Notes under the pieces: generated by a model
Databases searched by the model: none
What the model was told of the DNA's origin: nothing
Seen by the model: the letters and a program-made list of their open reading frames with translations, nothing else
Virus record (IMG/VR): IMGVR_UViG_3300029544_000210
Coordinates: 84,406 to 143,881 of that record
Source: a virus
Lineage: Duplodnaviria > Heunggongvirae > Uroviricota > Caudoviricetes
Length of the DNA: 59,476 nt
Reading direction: 5' to 3' (one strand)
Position numbers and translations under genes: made by a program
Shown here: positions 38,647 through 49,676 of the stretch, piece after piece
How positions within the stretch are numbered: the first letter of the stretch is position 1
Layout of the letters: each line of letters starts with the position of its first letter

Positions 38647-39483
38647 ATGGCATTTAAATTAGGTGACGTAATCGTAGATAGACTTCAGTTTGGTTACGGT
38701 GCAAAGTCTAATGGTACACCTCTGTATGCTTTAACACAGCTTACACAGGCAAATATTGATATTACGGCTGACTCAACAGATATCAATGATAAGGATGGAA
38801 ACCTTGTATATCGTAAGTATACAGGTAAGAAAGGTGAGGTTACTGCAACTAACGCATTCCTTAACCTTGCTGTTGTAGAGACTATTTCTGCTACTGATGC
38901 TGAGATTGCAACCGCAGATAAGGGTATTGTTATGCCGATGATTCAGATCGTAAAAGCTGGCGAAACATTAGATGTTACGGGATTTGTTGAAGGTTCTATC
39001 CATGTAAATGCTCTTTCTACAAAGGGTTCTATGGGTAAGGACGAATTTAAGAAAGGATCTGCCGCTTCTGCTACTGAATATGCAATTAAGCACACCGAAG
39101 CTTCGGGTGAACCAGACAATACACCTGCGAGTGATGTATTAACACCGCCTATCGCAGATGGTGAAACTCAGTATATTGTCAAGTATAAGAAGACAATTAA
39201 GAGCGGAGCAAAGATTACTAATTCTGGTAAAAAGTTCCCAAAATCTCATGAGTTGTTCTTCAAGGCACTTGTAGTAGATAAGTGTGAGACTGATGTATTA
39301 AAAGCAGCTATCATTCACATCCCTTCATTTATGCCAAGTCCTGAGTTTTCACTTGCATTACAGGGTGGTGATTCTCAGACGATGGATTATAAGGGTTCTA
39401 TGATGCTAAATGCTTGCTCTACAGATGGAGAACTTTTCTCTATTTATTACATTGACGAGGAAGAGGACGATATCGAATTATAA
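38647..39483 (+). CDS. major tail tube protein
   Basis: LYALTQLTQANIDIT...KKGEVTATNA; optimised codons, strong RBS, synteny. Confidence 0.7.
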   Translation: MAFKLGDVIVDRLQFGYGAKSNGTPLYALTQLTQANIDITADSTDINDKDGNLVYRKYTGKKGEVTATNAFLNLAVVETISATDAEIATADKGIVMPMIQIVKAGETLDVTGFVEGSIHVNALSTKGSMGKDEFKKGSAASATEYAIKHTEASGEPDNTPASDVLTPPIADGETQYIVKYKKTIKSGAKITNSGKKFPKSHELFFKALVVDKCETDVLKAAIIHIPSFMPSPEFSLALQGGDSQTMDYKGSMMLNACSTDGELFSIYYIDEEEDDIEL

Positions 39484-39532
39484 GAACACGCAGGGCAGTT
39501 AAACTACTGCCCTATTCTTACAAGGAGGAATA

Positions 39533-39907
39533 ATGTCAAAGAAAGAATTGAGAACTTGTGTGCTTTGCGGTAAGACTTATTCATTTTGTCCAGTTTGTAA
39601 TCCAGAAGATCGTTTGAAACCAACATGGTATTTTTGTTGGTGTTCAGATAATTGCCATGAAATTGATGAAGTGACTTCTGCATTTGAAGATGGACGCACG
39701 ACAGATATTGAAGCAAAACCAAAATTAGAAAAATTAGATTTGAGCAGAAAAGAATACTTTGGCGAAAGTTATAAGAATTCTATTACCTCTATCATGAAGG
39801 CAAAAGCACAAGTTATTAAGAAAGAAAATAAAAAGACAGAGGCTAAATCTGTCAAAAAGGATATTGTTACAAAAGTCGAAAATGAGGCTGAAAGTAATGT
39901 TGAATAG
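39533..39907 (+). CDS. zinc-finger hypothetical protein
   Basis: CVLCGKTYSFCPVC...CSDNC. Confidence 0.7.
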   Translation: MSKKELRTCVLCGKTYSFCPVCNPEDRLKPTWYFCWCSDNCHEIDEVTSAFEDGRTTDIEAKPKLEKLDLSRKEYFGESYKNSITSIMKAKAQVIKKENKKTEAKSVKKDIVTKVENEAESNVE

Positions 39908-39994
39908 TGATTTTTAAATAAGGGATTATAACATATTACTATTCAATGTTGTAATCCCTATTTTTTACGCTATTACGGATTGAAAGGAAAATAT

Positions 39995-40222
39995 ATGATA
40001 GAAACTAATCTACATAACGCACGAAACTATTCAGAGCATGAAGTGAATAGAATCTGCAATGTAAAACAGCAAATCTTTTATATGAGTTCTGGTGCATATC
40101 CTATCGACATTTATCCTAGCTATGATAATAAGAATGACAGGAAAATTATTGTGATGATATTTGATCGAAAAGACACTAAAGAATTATATCAAAGATGGAA
40201 AAATTATGATACGGAGGATTAA
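39995..40222 (+). CDS. small hypothetical protein (DUF5659-like pattern)
   Basis: RICNVKQQIFYMSSGAYPIDIY...IVMIFDRKDTKELYQRW. Confidence 0.55.
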   Translation: MIETNLHNARNYSEHEVNRICNVKQQIFYMSSGAYPIDIYPSYDNKNDRKIIVMIFDRKDTKELYQRWKNYDTED

Positions 40223-40226
40223 AATT

Positions 40227-40487
40227 ATGACAGATTTATCATTTTTAACAAATTTTGCAGTACCGATTATCGTTGGTATTTGCTTATGTATTGGCTATGT
40301 ATTAAAAAATATTGTAACAACAGATGCAGTTAATAAGTATATTCCTGCAATTATGGGTGCATTGGGTGTAATCCTTAATATATGGATGAATATGACCTTT
40401 ACACCTGAAATACTGCTCGGTGGTCTTGTCTCTGGTCTTGCTTCTACAGGTTTATATGAAGCTTTTAAGAATTTTTTGAAGAAGTAA
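40227..40487 (+). CDS. holin
   Basis: Three TM helices; VPIIVGICLCIGYVLK...NKYIP...GLVSGLASTGLYEAFK. Confidence 0.85.
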   Translation: MTDLSFLTNFAVPIIVGICLCIGYVLKNIVTTDAVNKYIPAIMGALGVILNIWMNMTFTPEILLGGLVSGLASTGLYEAFKNFLKK

Positions 40488-40506
40488 GAAGGGATGGTAC
40501 ATATGA

Positions 40507-40980
40507 GTGGTTTCTATAGAAAAACTTGCACAAATTGATTATTTATTAGTCATTCTTGGTTTTTTTGCCATCTTATTTGCTGCTAAGGAAATTCTTGAAA
40601 TATTCGGTTATTTTAAAAAGAAATTCCGATTAAAGACAGGCATTGACGAAGATAGAGAAACTGTTGAAACTCGAATTAAAACGCTTGAAAAACATGATAA
40701 TTGGCAGTACCAAGAAATTCAAAAAATATCCAGAGGCATTGATGATATTAAAGATAATCTCATAAAGAAAGAAATTAAAGATAAAGAAAAAACAGTTGCT
40801 ACTCTCAGAGGACAACTATATGGGTTACATGAAAAATTTGTAACCAAAGGGTATATTGATAAATCAGGGTTAAAAACATTTATTGAACTTGGAAAGATCT
40901 ATGAAGCTGCAGGAGGCGATGATATTTATCACGACAAATTATATCCTGAAATTATGGCTTTGCCAATTAAAGAAGATTAA
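40507..40980 (+). CDS. single-TM coiled-coil protein (lysis-module associated)
   Basis: N-terminal TM; KGYI...YEAAGGD...LPIK C-terminus. Confidence 0.6.
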   Translation: MVSIEKLAQIDYLLVILGFFAILFAAKEILEIFGYFKKKFRLKTGIDEDRETVETRIKTLEKHDNWQYQEIQKISRGIDDIKDNLIKKEIKDKEKTVATLRGQLYGLHEKFVTKGYIDKSGLKTFIELGKIYEAAGGDDIYHDKLYPEIMALPIKED

Positions 40981-41067
40981 TTTTTATAATATCACATATT
41001 TGGTAAACTTTGCTTAACATATATTTATGTATAATACTCATATAAAATAAATTATTGGAAATACTTT

Positions 41068-41271
41068 ATGTATATGAAGAACAAAGTTGATGAATATCGT
41101 TGTAAACAAAATATGACATTACAGCAATTATCAGAAAGAACAGGTATTTCAAGAACCACTCTTTCAAAAATTGTAAATAATCAAACAAATGATATTTTAT
41201 TAAGTCATGCAATCACCTTATCTCGTGTACTTAAAGTAAATCTATATGAATTATTCTGTATACAGAAATAA
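41068..41271 (+). CDS. Cro/XRE HTH regulator
   Basis: MTLQQLSERTGISRTTLSKIVN...LYELF. Confidence 0.8.
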   Translation: MYMKNKVDEYRCKQNMTLQQLSERTGISRTTLSKIVNNQTNDILLSHAITLSRVLKVNLYELFCIQK

Positions 41272-41284
41272 TGGAGGAATGTTT

Positions 41285-41455
41285 ATGACATATTTTAATT
41301 TAATTTGCGAAGAATTATGTATAACGGGAGGAAAGGTTATATATATTGATACAAATGTTAGAACTCTTGAAGAAGTACATAAGATAGTAACTGATAATGC
41401 TGAAAAATATCCAAATGGCAAATGGGAATTATATCCTATGCAATTAGCGATGTAA
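41285..41455 (+). CDS. small hypothetical protein
   Basis: GGAGG RBS; ORF track. Confidence 0.55.
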   Translation: MTYFNLICEELCITGGKVIYIDTNVRTLEEVHKIVTDNAEKYPNGKWELYPMQLAM

Positions 41456-41631
41456 ATAACAATTAAATATTATTAAAAGAGTGATTTCTTCGGAAGTCAC
41501 TCTTTTTATTTATAACACATTTAAAGTGTCTTTACTACTATCTAGCCATGTAGTAAGGGCATTTTTTATTTTACGGAGAGTGTGTGGCTAGACCACTCTT
41601 CTACCCTTAATCAAGAAAGGAATGAATAGTT

Positions 41632-42144
41632 ATAGCAAAAAATATAGGCAAAATTTTTGAACAGAACTTCAAAAATTCATGCCCAGAAGATGTATTAATT
41701 TATAGACCGCCTGATGCTGCTCAATCATTTGATATGAGTTTAAAGTTAAGATTTAGTCAACATAGTCCATGTGACTTTATGATTTTTAGTGGCAATAGAA
41801 ATACATTTTGGACATTGGAATTAAAAACTTTTGAAGGATCTTGTTCATTTGAACGAACCAAGGAAGATAAAGGAATTATACACTACTATCAAGTAGAATC
41901 GTTAAAGAAGTTTTCTACTTATAAAAATGTATGTAGTGGTTTTATTTTGGATTTCAGAAAAACAAGTAATACCTATTTTCTTATGATAGATGAATGGGAT
42001 AATTTAATAAATTCTATATCTAAGAAAAGTTTCAATGAAGATGATTTATTGAAATATTGTAACCCAATATTGATTAATAAGAAAAAATTAAAAGTGAATT
42101 ATCGTTATGATATAAATAAGTTTCTTAACGATACAAGATTATAA
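41632..42144 (+). CDS. recU: RecU-like Holliday junction resolvase (probable ATA start)
   Basis: N-terminal extension NIGKIFEQNF...IYRPPD, then PCDF, LELKT, HYYQ..L, GFILDF. Confidence 0.75.
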   Translation: MAKNIGKIFEQNFKNSCPEDVLIYRPPDAAQSFDMSLKLRFSQHSPCDFMIFSGNRNTFWTLELKTFEGSCSFERTKEDKGIIHYYQVESLKKFSTYKNVCSGFILDFRKTSNTYFLMIDEWDNLINSISKKSFNEDDLLKYCNPILINKKKLKVNYRYDINKFLNDTRL

Positions 42145-42154
42145 AGGAGAATAT

Positions 42155-42556
42155 TTGAATATGAAGAAAATAATGAAGCTTTACGAAGCAACAAACATAT
42201 ATGAGATAACAAAAGGCATTATAGAGAACAACGACTCTAACATTACATCTCTTTCTAAGTTTAAGCTACTTGGCATAATAAGAAGTTTTTCTGGTATCTA
42301 TACAGATTACGATCAGACAAGACAGGATCTTATTAGGAAATATGGTGAGCCAGTTCTTGATGATGAAGGCAATAAGACAGGAAATATAGAAATCAAGAAA
42401 GACTCCGAAAATATGGATAAGTTTGTTGAAGAGATGAATATACTCAGAAACCAGAATATTGATGTGGAATTTACTTCAATGACCGTTGATGAATTGTTTA
42501 GTTTAGGACTTAGCGCAGAATTATATACTATATTTATGCCTATTGTAGAAGAATGA
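42155..42556 (+). CDS. hypothetical protein
   Basis: YDQTRQDLIRKYGE motif; AAGGAG RBS. Confidence 0.7.
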   Translation: MNMKKIMKLYEATNIYEITKGIIENNDSNITSLSKFKLLGIIRSFSGIYTDYDQTRQDLIRKYGEPVLDDEGNKTGNIEIKKDSENMDKFVEEMNILRNQNIDVEFTSMTVDELFSLGLSAELYTIFMPIVEE

Positions 42557-42578
42557 TTTATAAAGGAGAAAAAGGATT

Positions 42579-43223
42579 ATGAATAAAATAACAGTTAAAG
42601 AATTTGTTGAAGGATATATAAATTGTACAGATTCATTAAAGAAAAGATATATACAAGAAAAGTTAAAGGTTATATCTTATATTCCTATAAATGTTAAAGA
42701 TGCTATTGCAATAGTTATTACAGATAGAACTATGTTTGAACAGGAAAAATATACAGATAAAGATGGCGAAACGAAGTTCCGAAAAACTGACAATATACAT
42801 GTTAATTCATTTGTTCAGTATATGTTATTTGTTAGAGAAGTTATTGAGAAGTATACAAATCTTATTTGTAGTGATGATGCTAATTTTATGACAGATTATG
42901 ACTTATTAAAGTCTTCTGGGTTACTTGATAAATTAATGATTGGTGAAGTTATAGATAGAAAAGATATTCCATCACTTATTCCTGCAAGTGAAATATCTGA
43001 AATAAAAACTCTTATTGATATGCACAAGTCTGATATTATGCAGAATATGTATGAACCACACGCATATGTTAGTCGTCAGGTCGAAAGATTTGGAGCTTTA
43101 ATTAATACCCTCGTTGAACCTTTTATGGAAGCTGTGCAGAAGAAAATTGCAGATATTCCACAAGAAGATGTACAGAAGGTCGTTGAATTTGCTAAAGCTG
43201 GTGGATTTAAGGAAGTGGAATAA
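42579..43223 (+). CDS. probable tail assembly chaperone
   Basis: VISYIP...IEKYTNL...YDLLKSSGLLD; upstream of tape measure. Confidence 0.5.
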   Translation: MNKITVKEFVEGYINCTDSLKKRYIQEKLKVISYIPINVKDAIAIVITDRTMFEQEKYTDKDGETKFRKTDNIHVNSFVQYMLFVREVIEKYTNLICSDDANFMTDYDLLKSSGLLDKLMIGEVIDRKDIPSLIPASEISEIKTLIDMHKSDIMQNMYEPHAYVSRQVERFGALINTLVEPFMEAVQKKIADIPQEDVQKVVEFAKAGGFKEVE

Positions 43224-43396
43224 TGATAGGTGGAATATTATACGGACTTCTATGCGGATGGATTCTTACCTTATTCAATGTAGATGAAATTTGTATTGAA
43301 GTGTTGCAACCAATTATTCCATTTGTATTAACTATTGCACATTACTATTTTGTGTTTGGATTAGTTGGTATGATATATGGAATAATACATAATTAA
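43223..43396 (+). CDS. small membrane protein
   Basis: MIGGILYGLLCGWILTLF...HYYFVFGLVGMIYGIIHN; TAATG coupling. Confidence 0.6.
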   Translation: MIGGILYGLLCGWILTLFNVDEICIEVLQPIIPFVLTIAHYYFVFGLVGMIYGIIHN

Positions 43397-43402
43397 TAAA
43401 AG

Positions 43403-43561
43403 AAAAATAGCACCGTATTTCTACGATGCTATTTCCCTTCCATAAACATAACCCTTCTTTGGTAAATAGATAAATGTTATTTATTTAAGAAGTTACAATT
43501 AGCCAAATTGCAATGTCTTTTTAGATAGGATAAAATGTAATGGATTTTGTTTGCTTGTTCT
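43403..43561 (-). ncRNA. putative small RNA (candidate antitoxin)
   Basis: Perfect TTGACA-17-TATAAT promoter at 43597-43569, no ORF, terminator AAATAGCATCGTA...TACGGTGCTATTTTT. Confidence 0.5.
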
Positions 43562-43764
43562 GAATCCAATTATATACACTATATGTAGTGTTGTCAAGAA
43601 AGAAAATACTTTCTCTACTTGTTTTATTATACCTCAAGAACCTATGTAAATATAGGGTTTATAATTATAGTTTTGTGTAGAAGAAGGTGGCTAATCTTCT
43701 TCACGTTCTATCAAATTCACAATTCAAGTAGGTACTTGTATTTTTGTAATATATTTAAACCATA

Positions 43765-43851
43765 TTACTTTTTCTTATTGTCTCTGTAGACTGTATATGC
43801 AAATCCTAAGACTACAACACAGGCAGAAACTAATGAACACGCAAACTCCAT
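43765..43851 (-). CDS. type I toxin-like peptide (28 aa)
   Basis: MEFACSLVSACVVVLGFAYTVYRDNKKK: TM helix plus lysine tail; AAGGAG RBS; upstream TGATATAAT. Confidence 0.55.
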   Translation of the reverse strand: MEFACSLVSACVVVLGFAYTVYRDNKKK

Positions 43852-44057
43852 TTCAGTTTCTCCTTATCTACCTATACTTACCACAGATGTTAGTATGATT
43901 ATATCATAAATACAATAAAATAAAAAGTAATAATTTAATTTTAGGCTCTATACGTGTCATAGCGTATAGAGCTTTTCTTATGGAGAGTGGTTATACTGCT
44001 CTCCTATTTTAGTGTAAAAATAGTGAAATTATAGTGAAATTTTTGGAGGTGATTAGA

Positions 44058-44480
44058 TTGGGACTAAATAAAGACACTATTAAATATTTGGAGAAACAGG
44101 CTCAGAAAAAAGCTTCCGAATTGGCACACGAAGCTCAACAGAGATTAACAGATGGTTATGTGTCGTTTATTGATTTATATTATAGCGATTACACACCACA
44201 ACAGTATGTAAGAACACATAACTTATACAGGTCTTATAACAAATTTTATAAAAATAGCCACGGTACTATTTTTTATGGTGGCGTTGAAGTAACACCTGAA
44301 AGAATGTTTGATAACTATGACCAAATTACACCTTCAGATCTTATATCGGAATTTATTTACAATCCGAAAGGTACTTATCATGGTTGGTATAACATTCCTG
44401 CTAGTTTCAGTGTGTATAGAGAAATACATAAATATCATGAACGGTTAAAGGATGAATATAGAAAGCGTTGTACAGTTTAG
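44058..44480 (+). CDS. tail-module protein (HK97 gp10-like position)
   Basis: FIDLYYSDYTPQQYVRTHNLY motif; TTG start after GGAGGTG. Confidence 0.55.
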   Translation: MGLNKDTIKYLEKQAQKKASELAHEAQQRLTDGYVSFIDLYYSDYTPQQYVRTHNLYRSYNKFYKNSHGTIFYGGVEVTPERMFDNYDQITPSDLISEFIYNPKGTYHGWYNIPASFSVYREIHKYHERLKDEYRKRCTV

Positions 44481-44495
44481 AAAGGATGTGAATAA

Positions 44496-47435
44496 ATGGC
44501 TAATTCAGATATTATTAAGATTGGTTTTGATTATAGAGCTAGTCTTGCACAATTTGAAAAGGAAACAAATGGTGTATTCGATGGTATTAGTAATAAAGCT
44601 GGTAAACAAAAAATCACAATTCAATTAGATGCAAAAGATGATAAAGTAATTGATAAAATTAAGGAATTGCAGAAACTCAAATTAGACAAGTTCACATTCG
44701 AGTTTGGTAATTCTGGATTAAAAGAACAGCTACAGACATTTGATAAATTAGAGAATAAGATTAATGAGATTATTAGTTTATCAAAAGGAATTGACTTATC
44801 ATTTAATACCAAAAATAAGACAGATGCTTATAACCAGTTAAAAAAATATGCAGATGCTTTTAAAGACTATTATGGTAATGAAGAAGCAATGGCTACCAAT
44901 GCAGGTGCAAAGGCTGGTTATGCGTACTACAAAGCCTATGAAGAAGCATTGCGAAAAGGTGTCGCACAAAGTAAATTAGAAAAAGTAACTATTGATTTTG
45001 ATGTAAACGATTCATTTTTCAGTAAAGAGAGAATCGTAGGAAATAGAATTAAAGACTTTGAAAATTTTCAAAAGTATGGTAATGCAGATGAAAGTAATTT
45101 AATTGCAGAAATCACATCACTAGAGAATCGGCTTTTGAAATTTAATTCTGCTTATTCTAAAGTGAAGGCTAATTTAGGCGATGCGCCAATTACACCTGAA
45201 ATCACAAAAAACATTGAAGAATATGTTAGGATGTTAGAAGTTGCAGAAAGCAGAGCAAAAGATGCAGAATTATTTGGATATTCAAGCGAAGATATCAATT
45301 CGGATAAAGACCTTGCAAATATGTATCTTGACTTTGCAAAAGAAGATGCTATTGCCGAAAATAAAAAATATATTGAATCATTAAAACAAGAAGAGACACA
45401 GGCTATTGCTACTGCTGAAGCAGAACAGAAATTAGCAGAAGCTCAAAAGGAAACAGTTTCTAATACTTCTAATTCAAATAATTCTCAAATTGAAGAGTTA
45501 AAATCTGATATTCAAGAGGTAAAAACTGAACTTGGTGATGTAAAAGATAGAATTTCTTCTATTGAATCGAATGGTTTTGAAAATGTACGAGATGATGTTG
45601 AAAAGACAAAGGAATCTGTAAAAGAACTTAACAGTGAATTTGCAGAAATGAAATCCAACCTCTCCTCTACTCCACAAGAATCGAATATTTCATCTGGAAA
45701 TACAAACCCACCTAATCCACCTAAAAAGGATAGATACGCAAAACGAAGGAAAATATCTGAAGAAGATTTCTTAAATTACTCTCCTAATAGAATTAATGAA
45801 AAATTATCAAATTCTGGATATACAATTCTTGGTGAAACTGTAAACACAGAGCTTGTTGATGGTCTTGTAAAGGTAAGTGCAAAAATAAAAGATGCTGATG
45901 GCGCATGGAAATCGTTTTCCGCAAAAGTCGATGCTGATGGTAATATTTTTGAACAGCGTTTTAAGACTGTAACAAATGGTGTAGATAAATTAGAAACGGC
46001 ATTACAGAATTTTGGTCGTGAAACTGCTCCTGCTCTTACATATCAAGAAACCTTAGATAAGGCTCAGAAAATCAAGAATAGTTTAAATCTTGGTGATGAG
46101 TATTCTATCAAGGTTGATAGTAGTGAATTTGTAACCATTACTAAAAAGTTGACAGATGTTGAGAACGCAGGTTCTTCTGTTACTCAGACCTTTAAATCTG
46201 CACAAGATGCCATTGATAACTTTGGTAAAGCTACATCTAATTCTGCCGAAAAAACAAGCGTTGCGTTAAAGAGTGTCAAAAGTAATGTCAAAGAAGTAGT
46301 TGATGAAACCGAAAAACTTGCAAACGCTCAAAAAGAACAGAATGCCAATGTAAACCTTAATAAATATGATAAACAGTTAGATTCTTACAATGGTAAGGTT
46401 GATAAATATCAAGCCACTATTGCAAGGTTTAATGATGGTGGTTGGACAAGTGATACATATTTAAAAAATGTGCAAGCTGTACATGATGCGGTTAAACAGT
46501 ACGCAACTCTTCTGGACAATATAAAGACTAATCAAAATGGTATCGCTAGTGATGAGGATATTCAGAACTTAGATAAGTATGAAAAGAAAATAAAAGATAC
46601 TATCGCTACTGTTACTAATATGTCGGCTTCTGAGAAGGGATATAACTTTGTATCGGCTCAGAAAGAATTAGACAAGATTCACAAGCTTCTCAATGAAAAT
46701 AGTAAAATGTCTTCTGAAGCAAAAGCTAAGATTAAATCTTACTATGCAGAAATTGAAAGTGGTAATCCTAGCATGAGTTTGGATAGAATTCATGGCGAAA
46801 TCATGAAGATTTATAATGCTGAAGTCGAAGCTGGTCGTGCTGGTAAAAGTTTCTTTGACACTTTAAAGAATAGCGGATTCCATCAGATTGCTGCTCAGAT
46901 GGCAGGAATGTTTGGTGTTTATGATGTTATTAATGGATTGAAACAGGTTGCTTCTACTGTTAGAGAATTAGATACTGCATATACCGAAATGCGTAAAGTG
47001 TCAAATGAATCTGCACAGTCATTAAAGAATTTTCAGAAAGAAAGTTTTTCTACCGCTGACTCGGTTGGTACTACTGCTCTCGCATTACAGGATGCCACAG
47101 CAACATGGATGCGTCTTGGTGAGTCATTAGATGAAGCCAAGGAATCGGCAAAAGATGCAACAGTTTTATTAAATGTATCAGAATTTGAAAATATTGATGA
47201 AGCAACGGATTCATTAGTTGCAATGTCACAAGCTTATAAAGAGCTTGACAAAATGGAAATTATTGATGTCCTGGATAAAATCGGCAACGAGTATAGTATC
47301 AGTACCAATGAACTTTCAACAGCATTGAAAGATTCGGCTGCTGTATTAAAAACTCAAGGCAACGATCTTGCTGAAAGTGTAGCTCTTATTACTGCTGGTA
47401 ATGCCATAACACAGGACGTTTCTAAAACCGCAGGT
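44496..47435 (+). CDS. tape measure protein, exon 1 (980 codons)
   Basis: TP901-type core ELDTAYTEMRKVS...WMRLG...GNEYSIST...ITAGNAITQDVSKTAG stops mid-domain at a group I 5' splice site. Confidence 0.85.
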
Positions 47436-47854
47436 GAAACATTGCCTGAAAGATATAGAAATATATTTTATAGAACATATTTAACTGCAAGGGCAGCCTA
47501 AAGCTCTATGCCACAATATAGAGGAAACTACTATATGATGGATTCAAAAATTAGAGATATTACAATGGCTTGTTTGCAACGAAGTACCCTAACGTATCCC
47601 GTAGACCATACGGTACTTGAGTCGAGGGTAAACGCTCAACGATCATTCTCCGATGAGGAGATTCAGACTTGTGAATAAAGGTGGAAATCCTGAATATCTG
47701 AATCATAAGAAGTACGGCTTAATCGCAAATGAAGTCGGTGAGAACCCGTCAAATGGAAAAGGTATGTTCCCTAATGCATAGCAAGGGAATAAGACATGAT
47801 CTGTTACTCTTCCGAAAGGTAGAGAGATACTATTATACATGAGGAATAAAAGGA

Positions 47855-48022
47855 ATGAAGAAATTCGATAAGGAGTATTCAACTCAATTTTCTCCTGAAA
47901 AGGAGTATTTATTACAACATGGTATTAAACCATCTTTTGTAAAAGAAATAAATGAAGTAACTACATATAAGTATACGAAAACGTCAGAGTTATTTAAACT
48001 ACTGGCGATTTTTTATGCGTAA
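47855..48022 (+). CDS. intron-encoded small protein (55 aa)
   Basis: MKKFDKEYSTQFSPEKEYLLQHGIKPSFVKEINEVTTYKYTKTSELF; GAGG/AAGG RBS. Confidence 0.55.
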   Translation: MKKFDKEYSTQFSPEKEYLLQHGIKPSFVKEINEVTTYKYTKTSELFKLLAIFYA

Positions 48023-48045
48023 AATTAGAAAGGAACAGATAATAT

Positions 48046-49617
48046 ATGGGTGATAGTAAATTGAAATATACAACAGAATATTTAAAAGAATTATGTAATG
48101 AAAAAGATTTAATTTTAGTTGGAATAGATAATAAAGAAGTAAACGGTAAAAATAGACGTTGTGCTTGTATTTTATGTAATAAACATAAAGAAAAAGGAGT
48201 ACAATGGATTCCTGTTGAAAAAATAGGTAAGAATAAAAAGCCATGTCAATATTGTAATCATTCAAAATTAAAAGAGACATTTAAAGAGGAAATGACTATT
48301 ATAAATCCAGATATTGAAATATTATCTGAGTATAAGAATTGGAACACAAAGGTAAAATGTAAATGTAAGGTATGTGGTCACATATGGGATGGCACTGTTT
48401 CATGTTTATTATATGGTAATGGATGTAAGATATGCGGACATGTAAAACGATGGGATTCGAGAGGTAGAAAAACAACCCAAGATATCATAAATGAAGTTTT
48501 AGAAGTATCCCCTGAAATTGAAGTGTTAGGTGAATATACAGGAAGTAATAATAAAATTTTATGCCGTTGTAAAAAACATGATACAAAATGGAAAATTCAA
48601 ATACATACATTATTAAAAGGTGCTACCAATTGTGAAGAATGCCAATTAGAGAAAGCCAGAGAAAAGTTTGGGTTAAACAAGGAAGATGTGTATGCAAAAA
48701 TCAATGAGATAAATCCTAATATTAATATATTGTCTGAATATATAAATATTAAAGAAAAAATGAAGTTTTATTGTAAAAAACATAATTATGAATTTGAAGC
48801 AGCTCCTTCTTCTTTTCTATATAAAGAATCGTTATGTTGTCCAATGTGTATGTATGAAAATGATAGATGCACAAAATTAATTGATGATGATTTATATAAA
48901 TATTATGTAGAAGATGTTCATGGGTATATTTATAAAGATAGAGAAGTTGTCAATGGGCATACAGTAATATCTTTCTTGTGTAAAAATCATATTGATAAAG
49001 GTATCCAAAAAGTACCATTTCATAATATAAAATCTTCAAAATGTTGTTGTAGATATTGTAACGGATATTTTAGAACTACAGATGAATTTAAAGAAATTAT
49101 AAAAGAGAAATTACCAAATATTGAAATTACAGGCGAATACACATTAGCTGGTGAACGAATTGAATGCAGATGTAGAACTTGTGGACATGAATGGACACCG
49201 CTTGCATATAACTTGATGACTGGATTTGGTTGTCCAAATTGCAATGCTTCCAATTCTGAAAACAATGTAGGAAAAATATTGGATAAATTTCAGCTTAAAT
49301 ATGAACGTCAAAAAAGATTTGATGATTGCAAGGATATAAATACTCTTCCATTTGATTTTTATCTTAATGACTATAATGTTGCCATAGAATACGATGGTGA
49401 ACAACACTATATGCCTGTTAATTGGAATGGTAAAATGTCAGACGAAGAACTAAATAGAGCATTTGAATTAGTTCAATCCCACGACAAAATAAAAACTGAA
49501 TATTGTAAAGAACAAAACATTCAATTAATTCGTATTCCATATTGGGAAAAGAATAATATTGAATGTTTTTTATTTGATAACTTATTAGACTTAAATATAT
49601 TACAAGAAGTATCATAA
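48046..49617 (+). CDS. intron-encoded zinc-ribbon repeat / Vsr-like homing endonuclease
   Basis: Multiple CxxH/CxxC repeats; C-terminal SNSE...LPFDFYL...IEYDGEQHY...HDKIK..YC...LIRIPYW. Confidence 0.8.
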   Translation: MGDSKLKYTTEYLKELCNEKDLILVGIDNKEVNGKNRRCACILCNKHKEKGVQWIPVEKIGKNKKPCQYCNHSKLKETFKEEMTIINPDIEILSEYKNWNTKVKCKCKVCGHIWDGTVSCLLYGNGCKICGHVKRWDSRGRKTTQDIINEVLEVSPEIEVLGEYTGSNNKILCRCKKHDTKWKIQIHTLLKGATNCEECQLEKAREKFGLNKEDVYAKINEINPNINILSEYINIKEKMKFYCKKHNYEFEAAPSSFLYKESLCCPMCMYENDRCTKLIDDDLYKYYVEDVHGYIYKDREVVNGHTVISFLCKNHIDKGIQKVPFHNIKSSKCCCRYCNGYFRTTDEFKEIIKEKLPNIEITGEYTLAGERIECRCRTCGHEWTPLAYNLMTGFGCPNCNASNSENNVGKILDKFQLKYERQKRFDDCKDINTLPFDFYLNDYNVAIEYDGEQHYMPVNWNGKMSDEELNRAFELVQSHDKIKTEYCKEQNIQLIRIPYWEKNNIECFLFDNLLDLNILQEVS

Positions 49618-49676
49618 AAAAGAGAATAATATAATAGTATCTGATACAAGAGTTGCGACTTGTATCAAACATAAAG

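Larger units (their letters stand above)
47436..49676 (+). mobile_element. group I intron 1 (IA-like) in tape measure gene
   Basis: P1 CAGGU/GCCUG with U.G; P10 AACAUU/GGUGUU; P7 GAUCAU/AUGAUC; P3 ACAUAUUU/AGGUAUGU; ends in G; splicing restores KTAG-GVRTISLR in frame. Confidence 0.9.

Noticed and set aside
11945..45690. Short (A)AATNNNNNTTTCAT-type palindromic motif at ~11950, ~16770 and ~45675
   Set aside because: Too few and too degenerate in this window to support a cassette-recombination site
49653..49676. TTG start for the 235-aa ORF
   Set aside because: Lies within the intron 1 terminal hairpin; the protein is a mid-domain continuation of exon 1
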